From: Minisyncoccota bacterium
GTDB lineage: Bacteria > Patescibacteriota > Microgenomatia > UBA1400 > PJMF01
Length of the DNA: 64,000 nt
NCBI GenBank assembly: GCA_018657765.1
Contig: JABHWM010000018.1
Coordinates: 91,541-155,540, forward strand
Reading direction: 5' to 3'
Shown: one piece after another, positions 57,948 through 64,000 of the stretch
Numbering within the stretch: position 1 is the stretch's first letter
How the letters are laid out: each line of letters begins with the position of its first letter
Program-made: the position numbers and the translations under genes
The notes under the pieces: model-generated
Told to the model about the DNA's origin: nothing
What the model saw: only the letters and a program-made list of their open reading frames with translations
The model's database searches: none

Positions 57948-58889
57948 ATGAGCAAAAAAATAAAAAAACCTACTGGAGAAGCTGCTTTTCTGGCTTACTA
58001 TAGAACACTATTCAAGAATGAAGAAGAGTTTATATCTTGGGAAAAAGCTTTGAGATCTCAGAAGCAACCCATTTTACGCTTCCATCCAAAATATAAAGAA
58101 GAACTAAAAGCTCTCTGGAAAGAGGCTAATCTTCCCTGGAAAACATTGAACTGGTATCCACATGCACTAATCTGGCCAGAAGGTACTCCTCCAAAAACAA
58201 CACTTCCAGGATTTGAAGAAAGATATTTTTATGCCATGAATGCATCTTCTTTATTGCCTATTTTGGCTTTAGAAGCTGGAGCTGGAGATCTTGTCCTAGA
58301 TGCTTGTGCTGCCCCTGGTGGGAAAGCCTTGTTTATAGATGATTTACTAGATAAAAAAGGACATTTAATAGCTAATGATTTATCTAGTTTTAGAAGAGGG
58401 AGAATGAGACAGATTTTCCAGGCTTATGATAAACCACATATAGAGATCTGGGGCCAAAAAGCCGAGACTATTTTTTATTCCTATCCAGAGTATTTTGATA
58501 AAATTTTGATAGACTCACCTTGTAGTAGTGAAAAACATATTATCCAAGAACCTAAAGAACTCCAAAAATGGAGCTATGGAAGAATAAAAACTCTTTCTAA
58601 ACGTCAAAAGAACCTCCTCAAAGCTGTCTGGATGGCCTTAAAACCAGGTGGAACTCTGGTCTACTCTACTTGTGCAGTAACCCCAGAAGAAAACGAAAAA
58701 GTAGTAGATGACTTCTTGAGAAATAATTCTGATGCAAAACTCCAGCCTTGGACTATTAATACACCAGGTGGCCCTGGAGTAAGTTTACAAGAAAAACTTA
58801 GTTTTCCTATGAAAAATGTTAGAAGAATTCAACCACATCAAGATAACCTAGATCCAATGTTCGTGGCAAAGTTTGTGAAAAATAAATAG
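57948..58889 (+). CDS. RsmB/RsmF (NOL1/NOP2/Sun) m5C RNA methyltransferase
   Basis: LDACAAPGGK, DSPCS, VYSTC, EENE. Confidence 0.93.
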   Translation: MSKKIKKPTGEAAFLAYYRTLFKNEEEFISWEKALRSQKQPILRFHPKYKEELKALWKEANLPWKTLNWYPHALIWPEGTPPKTTLPGFEERYFYAMNASSLLPILALEAGAGDLVLDACAAPGGKALFIDDLLDKKGHLIANDLSSFRRGRMRQIFQAYDKPHIEIWGQKAETIFYSYPEYFDKILIDSPCSSEKHIIQEPKELQKWSYGRIKTLSKRQKNLLKAVWMALKPGGTLVYSTCAVTPEENEKVVDDFLRNNSDAKLQPWTINTPGGPGVSLQEKLSFPMKNVRRIQPHQDNLDPMFVAKFVKNK

Positions 58890-58934
58890 AAATATAGTTT
58901 CTAAAATTATCCCAACTTATTAAAAAGAGGTTTA

Positions 58935-59306
58935 TTAAGCAACTAATGCTTGAAGGTATTTGATAATTTCACTTAACTGGACATTTGATTTTATAAAATA
59001 CTTCTTGGCTCCAAGAGCTAATACCTTATTTATATCCTCCTCAGATCCCAGTGCAGAAACCACAACTACAGGAATCTTTTTTGTTTCTTCATCAGCTTTT
59101 AGCTCTGCTAATACTTGAAAACCATCTTTATTAGGCATAATCAAATCAAGAACAATTACCTCAGGCTTCTCTTTTTTTGCAGTGCTCAACACATCTACAC
59201 CATCTTTAAGAAATAATACAGAAAAATCTGACATCTCGAATTTTTTTTGAGACAATTTACCCAAAAATAAATCGTCTTCTGCTAATAATATTTTATGTTT
59301 TATCAT
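58935..59306 (-). CDS. Stand-alone response regulator receiver protein
   Basis: AEDD, LDLIMP-x2-DG, VSA, YFIK. Confidence 0.92.
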   Translation of the reverse strand: MIKHKILLAEDDLFLGKLSQKKFEMSDFSVLFLKDGVDVLSTAKKEKPEVIVLDLIMPNKDGFQVLAELKADEETKKIPVVVVSALGSEEDINKVLALGAKKYFIKSNVQLSEIIKYLQALVA

Positions 59307-59769
59307 ATAGTTCTACCTCCGTAAAAAGTGATGTTTTTTCTACTAAATTTTTACTAGACAAATCCAATGCATGTAACCAATTTATCTTTACTTTATAAAC
59401 AGAATAATCATGCCCTTTAATCTGTAAAACTGGTGGCCAAAAATCATCTAAACTAGCAGCTGCCTCAGCAATTTTATCTACCACTTCTTCTGCTGCTTTT
59501 TGGTCGGTAATTTGATCTACAACACCATTTGCCTGCACTAACATCTCTTCAGGTTTCCAGACAGAAAAGCTAATATTTTTATTGTTTTCTATAGCCTTTG
59601 CTTTATAGCTAGAACTTATAGTTGCAAAATATAGAGTAAAGTCATCATCCAAGGCAAAAAGTAAAATCGTCGAAAGAGGTTTATTGTCTTTTTGACACAA
59701 GGCGACGGACATTAAGGAAGTTTTTTGTAAAAAACTAAGAATTTCTTGTTTTGAGTATGTTTTCGGCAT
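59293..59769 (-). CDS. Pyridoxamine-5'-phosphate-oxidase-like FMN-binding protein
   Basis: LYFAT-x3-SYKAKAIENNKNISF, VQANG. Confidence 0.8.
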   Translation of the reverse strand: MPKTYSKQEILSFLQKTSLMSVALCQKDNKPLSTILLFALDDDFTLYFATISSSYKAKAIENNKNISFSVWKPEEMLVQANGVVDQITDQKAAEEVVDKIAEAAASLDDFWPPVLQIKGHDYSVYKVKINWLHALDLSSKNLVEKTSLFTEVELYDKT

Positions 59770-59843
59770 TAACTAAATATATCGAAAAATAGAAAAAAGA
59801 ACAATTCTAATTTAAAATTATTAAAAAGAACCTAATTTTATAA

Positions 59844-60482
59844 CTACTTCAAAAAATTTTTAGTTCTTTCTATTAATTCTGCAATATCTCTTGATTCTAA
59901 AGAAGCTGTATATAAAAATTTAGTTATTTGATTATGAGCGACATTTTGGTCTTCAGCTTTAACAATAAAATTCTTTAAAGGCACCAAAATATCAAAGTAA
60001 ACGGGATCATAAGCCATCCCAGCAACTAAATTATGCTCTGTTCTTTCTTTTGGTAAATTATCATTTTCTTGACCATTAATAGATTCTACTGGCTTGAGAA
60101 GTTGAAGTTCACTTCTTAGTGTTCGATTAGCATACTGCAAAATATTTTTATATAAAATATTACATTGAGCATCACCTCTCCCACTTTCCAAAATTAGTTC
60201 TTCTAACTGATCTAAATTTTTTGGCTTATCTTCTTGTTTATTAATAAAATCAGTTATTACTTTTTCAGGCCAAGGACAACCATTAGAAAAAGCTAAATCT
60301 AAACGTTGTTTTAGAGCTAATAAAACTTTATCTATTGATTGATCTTCTGATGAATCAAAATCTATTTTTGATAAAATACTCTGAAAAATTTCTAAATACT
60401 GTTGATACTCATCTTTTTTTATAGATAACTCTAATCTTGTATCACCATCACCATGGACTCTTTTTAAATGTTCTTTTGACAT
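59844..60482 (-). CDS. Hypothetical protein
   Basis: 212-aa ORF, helical, no motif. Confidence 0.7.
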   Translation of the reverse strand: MSKEHLKRVHGDGDTRLELSIKKDEYQQYLEIFQSILSKIDFDSSEDQSIDKVLLALKQRLDLAFSNGCPWPEKVITDFINKQEDKPKNLDQLEELILESGRGDAQCNILYKNILQYANRTLRSELQLLKPVESINGQENDNLPKERTEHNLVAGMAYDPVYFDILVPLKNFIVKAEDQNVAHNQITKFLYTASLESRDIAELIERTKNFLK

Positions 60483-60484
60483 AA

Positions 60485-60700
60485 TTATTTATTAGCTTTC
60501 TTCTGAAGAATCAATCCTGCCAAACCAAAACCTATGCCAATTACAGGAATAATAATTGAAGTTTCAACTATTGGATTAGCCACATCAAAAAAATCTTCAA
60601 GAATATTTATAAAAACTCTCAAACCAAAGGTCAGTAACCAAATTAATTGGAAAGTCTTTGCAAGTCTTAGCATTTCTGCTTTGTTTGATTTTGATTTCAT
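60485..60700 (-). CDS. Small 2-TM membrane protein
   Basis: Two hydrophobic helices; 2-bp gap to the next gene; TATAAT upstream. Confidence 0.65.
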   Translation of the reverse strand: MKSKSNKAEMLRLAKTFQLIWLLTFGLRVFINILEDFFDVANPIVETSIIIPVIGIGFGLAGLILQKKANK

Positions 60701-60750
60701 ATTAAAATGAATTATATAACATATTTTGATGTTTTCTTTTTTTCAAAACA

Positions 60751-62508
60751 TTAATCTGAAATAACCTCCAAAAACTCCTGCCCATACCTTTCCCACTTAG
60801 TCTCTCCAACTCCAGAAATATCTAGCATCTCTTCTTTATTTTTTGGCTTTTCATTAGACATTTCCAAAAGAGTTTTATCATTAAAAATGATGTAGGCAGG
60901 ACATGAATTTTCTTTGGCTAACTGAGCTCTGAGCTCTCGTAGTTTTTCAAAAAGTGAGTTTTTAAAATAATTTTTGGCTTCTTTTTTTGTTTTTTTACTA
61001 CTTTTACTTACTTTAGAAAAATCTTGTTGTCTATCAACGAAAGTATCCAAGGTAACAAGTCTAACTTTTTTATTTTTCAATAAAATCTCTTCTCCTTTTT
61101 TTGTCAAAGAGAGATGCTGATTGTTATCAAAATTTACTTTTATTAAACCTAAATTCTTTAGTTGAGCAAGATAAAAATACCAATAGGCAAAACTAACTTT
61201 ACTACTTAAAGTTAGTAAGTGACTAACTAAATCTTCTGTTATAAAAGTAGATTTTTTAACAGCCCTCAGTACTTCTCTAGTAATTTTAGTTCCATCCAGA
61301 GTTTTATATGGATTCCTACAAATATCACAGTTCCCGCATTCTTTGTCATAAGGCTCATCAAAGTAACGTAAAAGTATCTGACGTCTGCAAATCACTCCTT
61401 CTGCATAATCTTTTATACGTTTCAACTTGGCCAGTTGTAAATTTCCTTGAGACTTATCAATAAAAAACTGTTCTATCATTCTGATATCTGCATAAGTGTA
61501 AAAAAGCAATGCTTCTGCCGGAGCAGAATCTCTCCCAGCTCTACCTATCTCTTGATAATATCCTTCAATATTTTTGGGAACATTATAGTGAATAATCCAA
61601 CGTACATTAGATTTATCTATTCCCATTCCAAAAGCAATCGTGGCACAAATTACCTGTGTTTTATCTCTAACAAAACTTCTTTGAATTCTGGATCTATCTT
61701 TTTTACTCATCCCAGCATGGTAACTAGCTGCACTCAATCCTTGTTGCTGTAAGTTTTTTGCTAATTTTTCTGTTTGTTTTCTAGTAAGACAATAAACAAT
61801 TCCAGACTGATGTAACTTATCACTTAAAAAGCTTTTTATTTGTTGAGCTCTTTTTTGTCCAGGTAAAACAGTGAGTGAGATATTGGGTCTATCAAAAGAA
61901 TCTACTAACTCTTCTGGATTATCCAACTCCAACTGAGACAAAATATCATTTCTTGTAACTGTATCTGCCGTAGCAGTAAGAGCAATAATCGGTACATCTG
62001 GAAACTGCATACGAAGTTCAGAGAGCTTTGTATAATCTGGTCTAAAATCATGTCCCCATGAAGATATACAGTGAGCTTCATCTATCGCAAATAAATTAAG
62101 TTTTATTTGTTTGAGAACTTTAAAAAATTGTGATGATACCAAACGTTCAGCAGAGACATAAAGAATCGAGATCTCACCTTTTAGCAATCTTTCTAAGATT
62201 TCATTTTGCTGATTAATATCCAAGCTACTATTCAAAAATTCTGCCTCGATACCATTAGCTTTGAGACCATCTACCTGATCCTTCATAAGAGCAATAAGAG
62301 GAGAAACAACTATGGTTGTACCCTTTAGAACTAATGCTGGAATTTGGTAACAAATAGATTTACCACCTCCAGTAGGCATTAAAACAAAAGCATCTTTACC
62401 AGCAAGAACCGCTTTTATAGCTTTTTCTTGGGTTGTATAAAACTTATCATAACCAAAGTATTTCTTGAGAGCTTTTTTTGCTTTATCGAATTTCATAGAC
62501 TTCATCAT
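60751..62508 (-). CDS. recQ: ATP-dependent DNA helicase RecQ
   Basis: MPTGGGKSICYQ, DEAHCISSWGHDFRP, QEIGRAGRD, RQC cysteines, HRDC domain. Confidence 0.97.
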   Translation of the reverse strand: MMKSMKFDKAKKALKKYFGYDKFYTTQEKAIKAVLAGKDAFVLMPTGGGKSICYQIPALVLKGTTIVVSPLIALMKDQVDGLKANGIEAEFLNSSLDINQQNEILERLLKGEISILYVSAERLVSSQFFKVLKQIKLNLFAIDEAHCISSWGHDFRPDYTKLSELRMQFPDVPIIALTATADTVTRNDILSQLELDNPEELVDSFDRPNISLTVLPGQKRAQQIKSFLSDKLHQSGIVYCLTRKQTEKLAKNLQQQGLSAASYHAGMSKKDRSRIQRSFVRDKTQVICATIAFGMGIDKSNVRWIIHYNVPKNIEGYYQEIGRAGRDSAPAEALLFYTYADIRMIEQFFIDKSQGNLQLAKLKRIKDYAEGVICRRQILLRYFDEPYDKECGNCDICRNPYKTLDGTKITREVLRAVKKSTFITEDLVSHLLTLSSKVSFAYWYFYLAQLKNLGLIKVNFDNNQHLSLTKKGEEILLKNKKVRLVTLDTFVDRQQDFSKVSKSSKKTKKEAKNYFKNSLFEKLRELRAQLAKENSCPAYIIFNDKTLLEMSNEKPKNKEEMLDISGVGETKWERYGQEFLEVISD

Positions 62509-62573
62509 AGTATAAGTTTATGAAAAATAAGTTGTAGAGTATCAAAAATGAAAAAATAGTTTTCTATATCAAT

Positions 62574-63626
62574 TTAATTTGTATTAATATGAGCTACACC
62601 TTCACTCTGTGCTGCCACAGAAGAAATAGTAAACTGAGCATTTTTTTGAAATTCTTTAATATTTTCTGCACCAGAATAAGACATGGCACTTCGTAAACCA
62701 CCAACTAAATCATTAATAATCATCTCAGCTGAGCCTTTATAAGGCATCATAGCCGTCACACCTTCTGCACTACGGAACTCTCCAAGTTCAGAACCATTAT
62801 CTTTCATATAATCTTCAGATGCTTGACCACGAATTTTTTTAAATCCAGCAATAGTTTCTCCAGGAGCCTCTTCTGTGCCTGCTAATATTGAACCAACCAT
62901 AATAACTTTAGCGCCTGCAGCAATTGCCTTAGCAAAATCAGCAGGTTTACGAATACCTCCATCAGCAATAACATCTAGACCAGAAGAAACAGTTTCGAAA
63001 ACTGCTGATAACTGAGGAAAACCAGAGCCAGCTACTAAACGAGTAATACACATACCACCTCCACCAACACCTACTCTTGCAATTTTAATTCCCGCCTTTT
63101 TATAAGACAATGCTTGATCATAATTAATAATATTGCCAGCAATAACAGAAATTTTTAACTTACTTTGAATCTCAACAGCTGTTTTTACAATATTTTTCAT
63201 ACCGCCATGAGCTACATCTAATAGCAAGGATTTAGCACCGAGCTTTTTAAATTTAGTTGCATCTTTTAAAGCATTTTTTAATCCAATTGAATAAACAGCA
63301 TCTATTTTTTTATTTTGTAAACGCTCACAAGAAGCTAAAGCTTCATTGATAAATACTCTAGGCATAAAGGTCAAACCACCAATTCGGTGCATTAATTTGG
63401 CCATTTTTTCACCACTAACAGTATCCATTGGGGCTGTTACAATCGGCTTTTTCAAATTAAATGAACCAAACTTTACTGATACATCAGTTTCCTTCCTAGA
63501 ACCTATCTTGGTCATTGATTGAGGAACTAATAAAACATCATCATAAGTAAGGCTAGCTGGATGAACATTACTGAGTTTAGGCCAAGCTTCTGTTTTTCCT
63601 AAGGAATGATAAAAATTAAAAGACAT
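62574..63626 (-). CDS. IMP dehydrogenase / GMP reductase family protein without CBS domains
   Basis: [47 protein letters not shown]. Confidence 0.9.
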   Translation of the reverse strand: MSFNFYHSLGKTEAWPKLSNVHPASLTYDDVLLVPQSMTKIGSRKETDVSVKFGSFNLKKPIVTAPMDTVSGEKMAKLMHRIGGLTFMPRVFINEALASCERLQNKKIDAVYSIGLKNALKDATKFKKLGAKSLLLDVAHGGMKNIVKTAVEIQSKLKISVIAGNIINYDQALSYKKAGIKIARVGVGGGGMCITRLVAGSGFPQLSAVFETVSSGLDVIADGGIRKPADFAKAIAAGAKVIMVGSILAGTEEAPGETIAGFKKIRGQASEDYMKDNGSELGEFRSAEGVTAMMPYKGSAEMIINDLVGGLRSAMSYSGAENIKEFQKNAQFTISSVAAQSEGVAHINTN

Positions 63627-63698
63627 TAGTAAACAGTATAAAAGAAATTAAATTAAAAAATAAGGAGACAAAATAAAGTGAGGTATTAGAACCTATTT

Positions 63699-63806
63699 TT
63701 ACTCAATAATTAAATTAATAGCATCATTGTCACTATAAAACACTCTTCCTTTTTCATCAGATTGAGCATGAGTGTGGAGATTGTGGGTCTCATTACTACT
63801 TGACAT
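63699..63806 (-). CDS. Possible 35-aa small ORF or gene remnant
   Basis: AAGGT SD, MSSSNETHNLHTHAQSDEKGRVFYSDNDAINLIIE*. Confidence 0.3.
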   Translation of the reverse strand: MSSSNETHNLHTHAQSDEKGRVFYSDNDAINLIIE

Positions 63807-64000
63807 ATTTACCTTTTTTTACTTAATGATTTAATCATATTATATATTAAAAAAACTACCGAATAGATCTTCTCTTCTTTGTTGCGAATGTGGGACGATA
63901 TCCGAACCTGGGTTATGGGACAAAGTAAGTTTGTTCTCCCCAAGTTGGAAATAGAAGTATCAAATAATAATGAATATTAGATTTGGAGAAATTCACTAAA

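Noticed and set aside
369-61752. About 50 short ORFs in the track that are antisense or out of frame within recognised genes (for example 369-599, 5840-6172, 30242-30706, 33032-33409, 43395-43778)
   Set aside because: They lie inside well-supported CDSs, have shadow-ORF composition and lack independent initiation signals.
1-64000. CRISPR array, rRNA, intact tRNA, IS element or prophage
   Set aside because: No regularly spaced repeats, no RNA-gene-like blocks in the short intergenic regions, and no transposase or phage structural genes.

Overview
AT-rich, gene-dense bacterial chromosome segment (standard code), about 85% of genes on the minus strand. The gene set and protein trimming (very short IF2, nusA-infB-rpsO-pnp without rimP/rbfA/truB, stand-alone 5'-3' exonuclease, protease-less Lon, salvage enzymes, several GT-C glycosyltransferases) suggest a CPR/Patescibacteria genome, probably Microgenomates; this is inference. 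Housekeeping genes: ftsK (partial), rnj, udg, rpe/rpiB, sufCBDSU (sufB carries a 379-aa LAGLIDADG intein), idi, sodA, pnp, rpsO, infB, nusA, a MacAB-type ABC exporter, a RelBE-type TA pair, hrcA-grpE-dnaK plus a separated dnaJ (three CIRCE-like operators), ftsH, trpS, a Xer-family recombinase, recQ and an IMPDH/GMPR-family gene. Best signals not in the ORF track: (1) a classical-looking Trp attenuator with leader peptide MLILNTNSSFYWRTSLV upstream of trpS; (2) a plus-strand island between dnaJ and dnaK made of two self-contained cassettes that share a promoter motif: a lipoprotein nucleosidase, and a Cys/His-rich membrane protein plus LemA-like protein behind a strongly structured 5' UTR; (3) a 28-aa Lys-rich micro-ORF; (4) structured leaders of pnp and nusA; (5) a 23-bp inverted repeat next to the Xer gene; (6) several enzymes missing canonical ligands or domains. 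No rRNA, intact tRNA, CRISPR array or transposase was seen. All family assignments come from motif recognition by eye; no database search or folding program was run.
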